Under the pieces are notes generated by a model. That model searched no databases and was not told the origin of the DNA. It saw nothing but the letters and a program-made list of their open reading frames with translations. 64,000 nt of DNA from positions 14,198,001-14,262,000 of the forward strand of contig CM022678.1 in assembly GCA_012295275.1 (NCBI GenBank), given 5' to 3'. This DNA comes from Chrysomallon squamiferum (taxonomy: Eukaryota > Animalia > Mollusca). Every line of letters begins with the position of its first letter. The stretch's first letter is position 1. A program made the position numbers and the translations under genes. Of this stretch, positions 28,701 to 43,191 are shown piece by piece.

Positions 28701-29842
28701 CCAGACCTGTGTTTTCAACATACTCATTTGAGTTTACATGTCTTGGGAGGAGCAGTTAAATCGTATATAAATAATTATATATAATAATATGTTTTTGTTT
28801 GAAAAGTAATATTCCTATATGAAACCCTGTGGATATATTTACTTCTGTAAACAAAGTACATAATTATATCAACTAGGTAGAAAGTGATATTATTAATCTA
28901 GCAGGTTTACGTGTTTGTTATTCTTTTATGAAGTGATACTTAGTACACTAAATCTGTGGAGTGGTCTCCACGCTCCACTGACCAAACATTAATGTCTTAC
29001 AGACTTGTTACAACAAAACTGACATCGTGTTCACCTTGTTATTCTGACTCGCTCCACTGAACATACTAAATACACGGTCTACGAAGCAGAGAAGAAATAA
29101 TAATCGGCTAATTTTTTGTTACTTCTTCCAACCGAGATTTTAAAATCAGCGACTAAGTTACGTACATATACACAATGCATTAGACGTGTCTACATGGAGG
29201 TTCATACTTTAACATGCACAATAATATAGACACATAATAAATAAATAATTAAGATGTATGTATGTATGTATGTATGTTTCAGATATATAAAGAAAGAAAT
29301 AAAGACGAAATTGTCAGTGCCAGTTGAAAAATATATATATATATATACGATTGTGGTTTTAAACTGAATTTAATAGAAAAATGTATAAACAAATTTTAAA
29401 AAGAAAAGTATGTAATTAAAAATAAATAATAAAAGTACAACAATTATAAGATTATAAGAAATTATAAGAAAAAAGTAAAAGAAAACATTTCAATATATTT
29501 ATTTGAAAGTCTATTAATAAAATCACTCTCAATTAATGAAACAAAGATTAAAAAACAGAAAAATGAAAAAAGTTTTAGAAGAAAAGTTGAAATGATCTGT
29601 CAGTAAACGCTTTGTTTGAATAACTACGTGTTTTAATCAGCGACTACAAAAACTGAGTTTCATTATTATCATTCCATATTTAACATCTATTATACTTCAC
29701 TCCTAATTTTAGACGAAAGTATTTCTGTTTAGATATAAATTTAATTCAAATGGAAACAAATATATGCAAATCTTGATTTGTAATATATATCTTACCTTTT
29801 AGAGGATGCTAACATGTAGCTCGCTACCATTCCGCTCGACAT
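25127..29842 (-). CDS. Two putative in-frame coding exons of an unidentified gene (MSSGMVASYMLASSK-RKIRIHEMEVKRGSG)
   Basis: Exon 29849-29796 has a cag acceptor, caaaATG at 29842 and an AG|GTAAG donor. Exon 25171-25127 has a tttttacag acceptor and a GG|GTAAG donor. They join in phase 2 without stops. No downstream exon could be assigned with confidence. Confidence 0.4.
27287..27463. repeat. 62-bp tandem repeat, ~3 copies
   Basis: aaattaaggccaaatcagcagatttatacgttgcacaaaatgacattcctcta starts at about 27287, 27349 and 27411. Confidence 0.92.
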
Positions 29843-30494
29843 TTTGAGTCTGTGATTAAATTAAAAACACCTGTATCATAAAATATATATTAAAGTAGAA
29901 ATAAATATCCTGTTTACAAAAAGTTACAAAGTTTCTTTTGCTTCAACACATTTCCTCTTATAGGACCCGCTACTACACGACTGTAGAATTCTCAAACTGT
30001 TTCCAACCGTTGCGAGGCAATTTGATCCCCTGAAAATAATATTGGTCACGTGGTTTGATTAGCTTGGAGACGTAAAATGTAGATTAGACATTGTGCGAAT
30101 GACAATTACGAAACGCTGATAATTACTCTGAGAAGAAAGACGGGTTAGGATTACTCGATAACTTTAATTTTCAGTTAATGTACGCCACTTGGGTCCGCAG
30201 CCTTCACAGGTTAATGGAATAATTAACCTAACGAGCCACTGAATAGTGCAGCTATTGTTCAGATGTCTTAATGTCACTCCTGATATATACGAGATCCAAA
30301 TGGGACAGGGTCTTTTTTAGTGGGGAGATCCAGTTGAACACCTAAATACTTTTTAAAAAAAAGAAGAAAAAAAAACAAATATATATATATATAGATAGAT
30401 AGATAGTATGGTTTGAAAACAAAATAAAGATATGTAAAGTATTTTTTTCGCGAAACCAAAATTTTACAGTGCATATAGATATATAATCCATTTC

Positions 30495-30576
<82 letters not shown>

Positions 30577-31540
30577 GGTAGTAGAAATGTTTGTGATAAG
30601 TCGAGTTTCGTTAACTAAGAAGTACGATGTAATCAAACACCACTGAAAGGCAGCAGCGTGTTGAGACTGCGCCAGACAAGTCAGCAGAGCCGCCCTTGTG
30701 TCAGGCTGACAAACAGCGGGATTACGTGTGACAAACATTAGCTGTTTTTTGTCTGCGCTACAATCAACAAGAGATTTAACAAATAAGAAATTTATTACGT
30801 TAAGTGTCGTTACTTTTCTGCTTTGACTTGAACTTAATTGTACATGTTACGTGTCAGTACAGGCAGCGTGAAAACGCAGTTAATATGAGGCAAACCTTTA
30901 CATTATCTTATTCATAATAATTTTCTCTTTTCCTATTTTTCTCTTGCGCTAGTACATACACACACACACACACACACATTAAATCTCACTTATACAAATA
31001 CACACACACATATATTCATACACATGTTCAATAATGGCTAGGAACTTTTACTTTTATGTTGCTTCAAGTGTTTATTTACTTATGTAGGAATGTTGTGTTT
31101 AATAGTATTTACAACAACATAATTACAAATAACCATCATTACTAATAATTACATCATTATATCATTATTGTAAGCACAGTGACTGCAGAAGAATAGCAAT
31201 AATCGAAAAAAGATATTTAAAGATTTTTCATGTTAATATTTACATTACTAAAACAAGAGTTAAAATTGTACCTCCTTTCTTTTTATCCTAACGGATAATA
31301 TCTAATTAATAACTATCTGAACAGTGATTATACATATTTCGATCTAAAAATAATAAGACCTGATTTACTTAATTCATTTTGCAGAATTCTAGTATTTAAA
31401 ACAAAATCTCTCTGTAAATAAATAAATAAAAAGTCTAAAGACGTTTAGACAATAATACTGATACTTAATTATTGCTAAAAACAAACAAACAACCCCCAAA
31501 ACTTGAGAACTATTTTCGCCATATTCAAACTTGAGCATTC

Positions 31541-32018
31541 GTGTTGGTGTGAAGACTGGTTGAATGTTGGTGTGAAGACTGGTTGAGTGTTGGTGTGAAG
31601 ACTGGTTGAGTGTTGGTGTGAAGACTGGTTGAGTGTTAGTGTGAAGAGAAGACTGGTTGAGTGTTAGTGTGAAGACTGGTTGAGTGTTAGTGTGAAGACT
31701 GGTTGAGTGTTGGTGTGAAGAGAAGACTGGTTGAGTGTTAGTGTGAAGAGAAGACTGGTTGAGTGTTAGTGTGAAGACTGGTTGAGTGTTGGTGTGAAGA
31801 GAAGACTGGTTGAGTGTTAGTGTGAAGAGAAGACTGGTTGAGTGTTGGTGTGAAGACTGGTTGAGTGTTAGTGTGAAGAGAAGACTGGTTGAGTGTTAGT
31901 GTGAAGAGAAGACTGGTTGAGTGTTAGTGTGAAGAGAAGACTGGTTGAGTGTTGGTGTGAAGACTGGTTGAGTGTTGGTGTGAAGACTGGTTGAGTGTTG
32001 GTGTGAAGACTGGTTGAG
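31541..32018. repeat. 23/28-bp minisatellite, ~19 copies
   Basis: Unit gtgttggtgtgaagactggttga, with an optional extra gaaga. Confidence 0.95.
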
Positions 32019-33476
32019 CGACGTGTAAACTGCTGCACGTTTCAGAGGCTGCTAGGTTTTCGCTGCAGTTTAAAGAAAGATGTAGACGTACAAAGAGTTT
32101 TCGCTTCAGTCGTTAACAACTGCTAGTGAAGTGTAGACTTTCTGTTTAACTCACACACAAACACAGACCGACATCAGCACTCCTGAGAGCAGTTGAATAT
32201 CGATTTGATTCCAGTTGTGAAATGACTCAGCTAGACAGTTGCAGGTGCGAAATTGATAAACTATATAAAAAGGAGAACTTTATTTAATCTGATACTAAAA
32301 TTTGAGTCACAAAATGCATATATAGATTTTTATTTAAATTGTTGTTGAAATTACTTTATCTTTTTAAAGACTTTCATGTAGAATGTTATTGAATTTACTT
32401 AATGTTACTGATGTTACTTAAATGTGTTTTTTTTTATTCATATAACCATCACTCTTGATTTCACTTAAAATACTTGTACATCAGTTTAATAGTAAGTCTT
32501 TTTCTTATACGAAACTAATAACTTTCAATTAACTTCTTCTTCTTCTTCTTCTTCTTCTTATTATTATTATTGTTATTACGGTTTGCTGATGATGTCGTTA
32601 TCAGATTGCTAAGTATTGATATATTTTTAATTTGCTCCTTTGAATCTAAAAGTGTAGTCATATTCTTTTTTGAGTCTTTCAAGAACTGTAATTGTATTTG
32701 AACGTTAAATGATTCTGATCCGTTCTTATATAATACAAACTCTTCAGTTTTAATTCGCATTCTGTTCGTGGTATTTATCATTTTTGTGTCTACTCAGTGT
32801 TACATTTTTCGTACTTTAGAAAAAAAAAATAATAAATACAAATAAAAATATCGATATAAAAATATTTATGTCTGAGATTTATTATTTATTATTTAAGGGA
32901 AATAACTCTGTTTTCATACGTAGACAACTAAAGAAAGTAGTAAAGCAAACGAAGAACACATTTTAAGGTAAATTATCAACGCACAACCAGGCTGAAATAT
33001 CACGGGAAACAGAAGGAAAGGTAATCGAGTGAAGCACCCCACATACATGAGATATAAATATATATATAACAATATTATTATGGTTTGATGACCCAGAGTG
33101 ACATGCCAAATAACTTTATTCATGTCTGTCTACATCACTCAAAAGCTGACACTTTCTTTTCACAGAAAAAGGCAGACACATTTGGTTTTATCTGCTACAT
33201 TGATGATGACACTAAATAAAGAGTACAATGAATTTTAATAAAATTGTAAAAAAAAGAGTTAAATGGATATAAGAAACCATCAGTTTACCAACTGTTCTCT
33301 GAGACGGGAAGTAGTTTTCAAATGGAGGTTAATGAAAGGCTCCAAACGTTTGCCCAATCCTATCCTACTTAAAGGTTTATCGTTGGTGAATATTTTTTAA
33401 ATATAATATTTTAAAAAATATATATATAATAAACTATAATATAATATGATACGTGTATAATACAATATAATATAAT

Positions 33477-33516
<40 letters not shown>

Positions 33517-34222
33517 TTACAATTTATTTGCGTTGGTAAAATCTTAAATTTTGTGGTGATGATAATGAAGAAAGGAAGAAGTGATGAATTATGCAGTGTG
33601 TCATGGCTGACTAGCTTTTAGGTCAACTGATGAACTCTTTTCTTGCGCATACTGAGCAAAATATCATGTTTAAACCCCGCTTCTCTGTCAAACGCAATTA
33701 AACACTGGGAATATTCATCGCGTGTTTCTATTCGAGGCTTGATATTAAAATAAAAACATATCTTTATTGTGACGTTCATGATGTATTGAAAAACTCGTTC
33801 TACAAGTTTGCTATGTCAGCTGCGTGGTCTGTGTACAGAACATGACAGTTAGTATGAAACAGTGACATAAACTTGAATATTAGCTCAGCCTGCTAAAATA
33901 ATTACAGCAAAAAAGACAGATCTGATAGGATTTGGACCTTTCATTTCAAGCATATAAAAATTGAAAACGAAAAAAAACAAGAAATAAATAACAACCATAA
34001 CAAAACTTTATCATTCTTCTGCTCACAAAAAAAAAAAAAAAAAAAAAAAATGTACAAAATTACCAAACTTGATATGACTATTAAACGACAGATCTGTGTT
34101 AAGAAACATAGACGACACTATCACATCGGTAAAGTACGTAACCTGAGCAAAAGAAAGCGAAGAGGCACTCCCAAACAAACAAACAACAACAACAACAACA
34201 ACAACAAAAATAATAATAATAA

Positions 34223-34259
<37 letters not shown>

Positions 34260-34630
34260 CGAGTAATGGATAAGGGAGATGTTAAGCAATTTGAGTTGAG
34301 TAAAGCTGCTAAGCTGAGAGAAAGAGAAAGGTTTTTGTATTTCTGTAACAAAGAAAGAATAAACTGTCAGCTACAACAATAATAATAACAGTAAGAATTT
34401 GTGTTGATTTCTGTGTGGGTATATGTATCTGTGTGTGTGTGTGTGTTTGTGTGTGTGTGAGTGTGTGTGTGTGTTTACTATTTCTTCATCTCTTTAGATT
34501 TTACTCTGCTTGTGAATTAATCTTATATTCTTCTTAAGAATACATTTTTAATATCAATAATAACAATAACAATAACAATAATATTTATAGCACTAACATT
34601 AGTAACAACAACAATAATATATTAACAACA

Positions 34631-34666
<36 letters not shown>

Positions 34667-35615
34667 TAATAATACCAACAACACTTGCAGTGATATTTAC
34701 TGTGTTAGTAATAAATATAAAATGTCCTCTTTCAATTTCCCTCAAAAATAGGTCACATTTTCTCTTTCTTTTGTAACTCTCGTTCCAAGCCCAAAGCTAT
34801 AACCTCTGACCTCTTTAATTCAAAATATTATTTTTACCGAAGGCGACAACGTTTACAATGTGAAGATAAGAAGTGTACAGTACTTCAAATAGAACACTTT
34901 AAGCATTCGTTTTACGGTCATTATAATAATATCAGTAATAGAAAGTGAATGAACGAACGAATAAAAAGAAGTTTAGTAAGTAACAGGTTTTTTGAAAAAA
35001 TATTTATTTATTTATTTATTTATTATCATCTTCATCATCATCATTATATATTTAATAAAATATCAAATGTGAATCACACAGGTTATAAAATATGAAACTC
35101 AAGAGTGATTCTTTACTTGCGTTCAGTTAAGAGAAACGTATTTTTATTAAGTACTAATAATCTTGATAAACGAGTATTTTGTGCTATCTAGAACGGGAAA
35201 TAACACAATCAGCGCATTTTGCATGAACAGTTCAGTAAATTTCTCCGCCGCTTCCTCATACTACAACAACAACAACTACTACTACTACAACTACTGTTAC
35301 TATTAATAGTAACAAAATAACAAAAAAACCAAAAGCAATCATAACGACACAACAACATAAATAAAAACATAAAAAAATATACTAATAGTTCCATCAGAGC
35401 AAGCAAAATACTGGATACATAAGAAAAGCAACAGTGACAACAACCGCGACGACAAAAGAATAATAAAAGAAATGTGTGTTCCCAGGGTTACTAAAGAGTT
35501 TCCTTGAAACAAGCTGTCTGGTAAATACTCTCAAACTCAGTCGACTGTAACATACCATCTCCCACACAGTGTACCCCGCTCTTCCCGGATATATACTCAG
35601 TTGTTACAACAAACC

Positions 35616-38026
35616 ATGAAGAAGGTGGATTTACTTGTGCTCGCTGTTCTCTGTTTCTTTGTGAGATACAGTAAGTATTAAATATATATTATATATTTTC
35701 GTATTCGTCAGATTTACAATCGAACAACAAATAGCATGTCTATACATGCTAACATGAAAATAGAATTATTTCAGAATTTTAATAAACCATTATCTATTAC
35801 TGAGATAATAGCATAATAGAATATGGGTTTAAAACTAAACAAATTCAATTGTATACACTGAAAATGCGCGCGCGCGTTCACACCCACGCACTTACACACA
35901 TACACATTAATCAACGAAACATAAACACAGTATCTGTCAAGGATAAAAGCATAAACTTGTATAAACAATAAAACTGTTAAAAGGTCGATTCTCATTTAGA
36001 AACTTAAGTAAATGCAGGAAGACACGAAGTACATGTATACCACAGTGAGTATGCATGTTGTGATCTATGTGTCTCTGTGTACGCGTGTACGTTTTTTTTT
36101 AAACTTATTTATTTATTTATTTGTTTATACAGAGAAGTGAAACAAACAACAAAAAAAATGTTTATCACAATAAAATTTCTCTTTGTGTTTCATTCTTCTC
36201 TGATATTGGTTTATTTTTCGTTATTTATTTATTATATTAATAGTTCTTTTTTGTTGGTGTTTTAATTTTTGTTGTCCTTTGTTCTTTACGCGTCTTTCTT
36301 TCTGAATGACTTGCAGAGTGGGTCACTAGACCCAGTATTTATAATTTATAATGTAAATACATTCTTTTTTGTTATTTCTGTGTGCCCACTAGATGTATCG
36401 CAGTGCAAACAGCTGTTATAATAGAAAATATAAGCACGACATGTTCAACGCTTTGCTCAAACTACAGGAAAAACCAGTCATGGAAGTTATGCGTGATGTA
36501 TCCGCAATACAAATGTACACAACAGTTCTTTCTCAGTTTATTTTTATCTACCTTTGTCAAGTATTTCAGTTTATGTCATAGCTAACACCAAACAGGGTAA
36601 TGTTCAGTAGGACTCAGTTAGGTTAGGTTTAAAGTTAGGAATAAGGTTAGGATTAAAAAAATTTTTAGGATTTATTGTCAACAATAGCAGATTGGGTTAA
36701 AACATTATTAATTTATAACATGCATTTGTTTTTACTTTCTCTAATATTTCAGTCATGTTTAGAGTTTGGTTTCTGAATTAGAGCAGATTATAATGTTAAA
36801 AATAGAATATTAAAGACAGTTTAATACAACTAACATTATATCAGAGTAGAGTTTAGACTTTATTATCTTATTATTTCAGGCAACTAACCACCCTCGTAAT
36901 AAAGAATGAAAATAATTTAATATAGCTACAAAACATCTGAACACCGCCGTTTTACCCGTACACTAGTAGCCGTGACGTCATTCATTAGGGGTCAGACTGA
37001 TACCTGTATTTTTGTTATACTAGAACAAATTCTGAGCACATACAATTGCCCTGTACTAGATGACGTCACGACTAGAAAACAGCGTTGCACAGCATTTAAA
37101 AAGGGGGGAGCACACTTTTTTGGCTTGCGAGCTACTTTTTAAATGACCAAGTCAAAATGATCTACCTACAATAAAAACGCAAAATATTTATTTATATTAA
37201 ATATACCTTACTTTACAATATATGTCTGTACATTTTTGGCCATCATCTTACTCTGATGACTTGCACTTGTAGGATGGATGATACTTTGTTATTTCGAAAC
37301 GTAACCTGGAATGAAGCTAAAAACATTTAGAGTATTTCTTTAGCGAGTACACTTTAAATGGAATCATTAAGAATAAGGCTGCTGCTGCGGTAATTGTTAA
37401 GGTTTAGGTTTGAATTAAGGTAAAGTTTGTGTTGTATTTATATTTTACTTGTAGGGGTGACGGAGAGTACCGAATGCGAGAAATTAAAAGCTGTAACAAA
37501 TGCTACTGTTTTGAATTACACATCTTCTGAGAAAAAGAAGTAAGTTTCTAATGAATTTGTTACTATTAAATTTTATATATTTATTTATTTACTTGTTTAT
37601 TTCTTTCTTTCTTTGTTTGTTTTCTCGTTTGTTAAGTATTTATTTATTTGTGTGTTTGTTAATTAAATATGAACTAATGATTTATATATTTCTTATTTCC
37701 TTTTCTCTTTTGTTCCTTAGTTTATCAATTATTTATGAATTTATGTTTGCTAGATAAATATTAATTAATTAGTTATTTATATATTTCTTATTTCTTTCTA
37801 TTTGTTTGTTTCTTTGTTTTTTAATGTTTTATGTATCTGTGTTTGATAGACAACTATGTATTTGTTATAATGTTTCTAGTGGGTTATTTCGTTGTTGGCT
37901 CCTGAATTCAACGAACGGTACAACCCTGAATGTGACAGTTATCGAGTCCTCTGTTGGAACAGGAAAAGACTGCCAGAATGAAAATGTTACAATTGAGGGT
38001 GGTAAGATGTCTTTTTATATTATTAT

Positions 38027-38110
<84 letters not shown>

Positions 38111-38326
38111 ACTATTACTACTATTATTGTTGTAACTTATTATTATTATATTATTATTATTATAATTATTATTGTTGTTGTTGTTGTTGTTATTCCAACT
38201 GTTCCTTTGTTGTTGTTGTTGTTATAGTTGCTGTTATTATTATCGTTGTTGTTATTTTACTATTATTACTGTTGTAATTATTCTTATTGCTATTATTGTT
38301 GTTGTTCTGTGTGCTAGTATGTATAT

Positions 38327-38377
<51 letters not shown>

Positions 38378-40031
38378 CAAAACGCTATTGCTGTTTTTGT
38401 GTTATATACAGTGACAGTCTCCAAGGGCTGGACAGCTGTGAAGACGTGGTGTGGTACAGAAACACCTTCTTATCAATCATCAGGAAAACGAGGAAACGAG
38501 CTGCAAATTAATTTTTTTAATTCTGACAACGGCCTTACGAAAAAATTCAAACTACGATACAGAGCAATGAGTAAGTGTATGACAGTGTGTAAAACATTCC
38601 TGTGTGAATTTTGTTTGTCATAGGCTTGGTGATGAATAAGAAATCTATACTACAAAGGTTTTAAATGCATTTTTCTAAATACAACCATAAGACAATGGCT
38701 GGAACTATAACGTTTTAGTGCTAAAACAAAATACGTAAGTTACTTTGTTTCTGGATGTTTCACACACAGACACACACACATACATGCACAGAGGCACTCA
38801 TACACACACCCACACACACACGGATCATACACAGGCGCAGTAGTTACATCAAAGCTTAGTCTAGGAGGATGAGGAAACAGGACCGAATTTCTGAATTTTG
38901 CTAAAGATAATAACTACAGCAAAGTGTTTAGTGTGTTGTTAAAAAGACAAATATTATTTTCAGTTCGCTGTAATGTTACAACAAATCCACCTAAAATGAT
39001 AGAAGTAAACGTAAGTGACAACGTAGTTTTATCCTGTACGTCAGCGTGCCCGTCACCTGTCAGATACAGCTGGATACACAACAACGTTGTCATCAGCCGA
39101 GACAGAGAGACAGGCCACCTGGCTGTCCCTCACGTCAGTGATGCTGATTTTGGGTACTACACGTGCATTGCAAGTCAGTATGCTGATGATGATCATGACG
39201 TTGGCTACAGTGGTTCAAACTACATCGAAGTGAGAGTTATATGTAAGTAATCTTTGTAACGTGTAGAAATGTATGCTAGTTTTCAGTGAAACATTTTGTA
39301 CGCTTGCATGTATGTTGAATGTACGTGTGTTTTATATTATTCAGATTGCATTGTCTAGTAGGTGCCTGGATACGTCAGAAACATTAAAAATACTTTTAAA
39401 GAAGGTAGAATCATTAACACACACACACACACACACTCACACACACACACACACACCCTCACGCACGCACAGATATATGGATACATCTACATATTTGACC
39501 GAATGAATATACCTGACACCTTTTGACCACTTACACAAAAATATTTCAGACGGGCCGTTGAGTGTAAAGCTGATTTCTACGGATGGTACCTATGTACAGG
39601 GTCAAAGCACTGACTTGCGGTGTGAAGCCCGCTGTTACCCACCGTGTCAGTACAAATGGACATTTCGTGAAAAGACTCTCAACAATTCTGATTATTTTTC
39701 TCTACACATTCTTGGTGGACTTCATTTTAAGAGTTTGTCGAGTGATGATGCTGGCGAGTACACGTGTATTGCTACCAACCCCAAAACTTTAAAAACAGGG
39801 AGCAAAAGCATCACAATATCTGTCAGTAGTAAGTATAATTGTTTATATCACGTGTACATGACTCACAGACACACAGACATGCACAGAAACTCACACACAT
39901 ATACACACACACATACACAGAGAGATATATAGACAGTTGGTCTTGGGCTTTTTTTGGTGCATGTGTGTGGGTTTTTTTTGGTGCATGTGTGTGGCGGTTT
40001 TTTGGTGCATGTGTATGTGTGTGTGTGTGTG

Positions 40032-40076
<45 letters not shown>

Positions 40077-40618
40077 TGTGTGTGTGTTTGTGTGTGTGTG
40101 TGTTTTTTTTCTTCATTTTTCTCCTCATTAAATGTTCCTAGTTTTTGTGTACCACTCATTACAACATATCGCAACGAATGAGGGTTTTTCACTTTTCTTC
40201 ATGTCAAAACCGACTCGACGCTCTCAGGGGTGTACAGGGGGAAAAAAGTTAAGAACCAGGACAGAGACAGAGAGATAGATTATAAAGGAACAAAAAACAA
40301 AATCCTAACAGTACGAAAACAAATGAGATAAACTCGCACACAGTTTTGATTTGAAGGATGTATGCTTGACTAGATATATGGAACATAAAACTACAGGGTT
40401 TGTTATTTACTATAAAACTCAAATATATTCTTAATTCACGCAGTGAATGTTAATCCTTGCAAATATCACTGATTAAATGGACAGGAAAACGAACTCTTTT
40501 TACGAGGTTTCTATTAAATATTTATGTGAGTTTGAATTAGTCACAGAAATGTAGATAGGTATACAAGTGGATGGATGGATGAATGGACAGATATACATAT
40601 AGAAAGAGAGAAAGAATT

Positions 40619-40696
<78 letters not shown>

Positions 40697-41541
40697 TCTC
40701 TGAATTTAAAAACGATAGTGTGACAGTTTATACTAAATTTTCAGACACTGAGAACACTGAGAACGCAGATATGTTGACAATAATTATCGGCGCTGCTGTA
40801 GGTGCGGTCGTCCTACTTATGATAATCATCATCGTCATTGTAGTAATAAGAAGGAAAGGTAATACTCTAAATATCTGGTTTTTATTCGAATAACGTTAAA
40901 TTCTAATGTTTAACAACTCTCTCTCCTCGATAACTAGAGCAGGTTAAGCTATTTATCACTGAACTAAAACAAAAGCAGGCAAATAATATTCATGGAAGAG
41001 GTAACTAATGATTAACAGTATGTTTGTTTTTCTTATTTATTTCATTTCATTTTATTTTATTTTAATTTATTTTATTTATTTTTTTATTTTTATTTTTTCT
41101 GAAGAAAAAGAAAATCAACCAAAAATTAATATATAAAATGAAAAAAGTTAAACAAAATAAAATTTGAAAAAGAACAATATACCTATCTACCTATATATAT
41201 ATATATTGCCAAGTATAAACTATTCATTCTTGCTATTTAATCATTTTCAATTAATGATGTTATAAATTATCTTTCATAACAAAATAAATTACAAAGAAAT
41301 TTATAAATAACAAAAATCATATTATGAATCATAAAAGAATATATTTTATCACTTTATTATTTTTTTTTCACAGCAGCGACAAAGAAAAGCGAACGGTAAG
41401 AATATTTTATTACTTTGTAAAGTTCTTGAATATGTTTGTGTGTGTTTGTGTGTGTGTGTGCGTGCGTTCTACGACTGATTGGTGAGCTCTATATCACGCA
41501 TATCTTGTGTATGTTGTATGTATTTGTTTTATATGTGTATG

Positions 41542-41626
<85 letters not shown>

Positions 41627-42231
41627 CACATCATACATTATCATGTAAACTATAAGTATGTGTGCATGTGGTGTGAGTGTAAATATATAGTGGTGCTCAT
41701 TACATGAGATTCAGTTATTTAAATTTATTTGCAGAAAGAGACAGGGGACTGGTATTTCAGGTAATTTTAGATTTTTCACGTGAAGATAATTTAATTTTTA
41801 TATGTTTATCTTCCTAATAGAAGATATTCTTTTGCCATTATGATGAAACAATGTATTTATAAATCTACCTTAAGTATAGTTGTTTATGAAATATAAAATA
41901 GAATTTATAAATAAAAATTGACATAGGACAACATTTTTATTATTTAATTTATTTATATCTCAAGACTGACGTCAGGAAAAGATCAAAATCCAGCTTGTTT
42001 CTGATCATTATTTTTTCTACAAACTAAATAAATAAATAAAAAAATAAAAATGCCTCACCTAACATTACAAGAACATCTGTATGCTGTATGCTGTAGATTT
42101 TTTGTTTTTGTTTGTTTGTTTTGTCTTTATATTTTTTCACATTTACTTTTAGAAAATGGAAACGTCACAGATAGCAGCCATCTTCCATTTTCAGAGCCAT
42201 CTTCTAAACAAGGTCGGTTTAAATTAATTTG

Positions 42232-42279
<48 letters not shown>

Positions 42280-42720
42280 AGGTCAGGGTGTGCACTTTAC
42301 TGTCGTGTTTTTATTATAGTTTTTATAATAAGATAACATAATTTTAAACTGCAGTTTAAGTGGGAAAAAATAAATAAAAATTCAGACACAGACCACTGAA
42401 ACGTCGTACAGGCGAATCAAAGTACTGCTGTGAGTTGCCAGTCATAAAAAAACCCAAAACCCAACACAAAAATAGAACTACATTGTGTGCTTGTGTATTT
42501 ATTTATTTATTTTTAAAAATATTTAGATGAATTATTTATTATTTATGATTTATTCATTATTTAATTCGTTTATTTATTATTTATTTATTAAATTAAATTT
42601 ATTTGTAGAAAATAGAGATTTCGAAGATAAAAGATACGTTGCCTTGTTAACGACTGGTGCGAAACACGGTAATAAAACAATGAAAGGTCAGAATTTTGAA
42701 GCGAACAAACAGATATTAAT

Positions 42721-42769
<49 letters not shown>

Positions 42770-43005
42770 TGGAAAACATTTAAAACGACATCGACGTCAG
42801 AATAACCGAGCTGATATTTTAATTAAGGAACAATATTATGAATGCTGTATTTCATAAATAAAACATTCAAATTTATTTTTTTATTTAATTTAGTTTAATT
42901 TAATTTTATTTATATTAATTTATTCTTTTTAAAGAAAATCAAGATGGCGATTATGAAAACCTAGAACACATTGATGACTCAGGTAGTTTAAGCTAGCTCT
43001 ATATA

Positions 43006-43058
<53 letters not shown>

Positions 43059-43079
43059 GTCTCTGTGTCTCTCTCTCTG

Positions 43080-43144
<65 letters not shown>

Positions 43145-43159
43145 CTGTGTCTGTGTCTG

Positions 43160-43191
<32 letters not shown>

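Noticed and set aside
28683-28706. 24-nt minus-strand exon-like segment (cag|gtctgggtgactggattaatctag|gtaagt) between the orphan exons
   Set aside because: It contains TGA in the phase-2 frame required by the flanking candidate exons.
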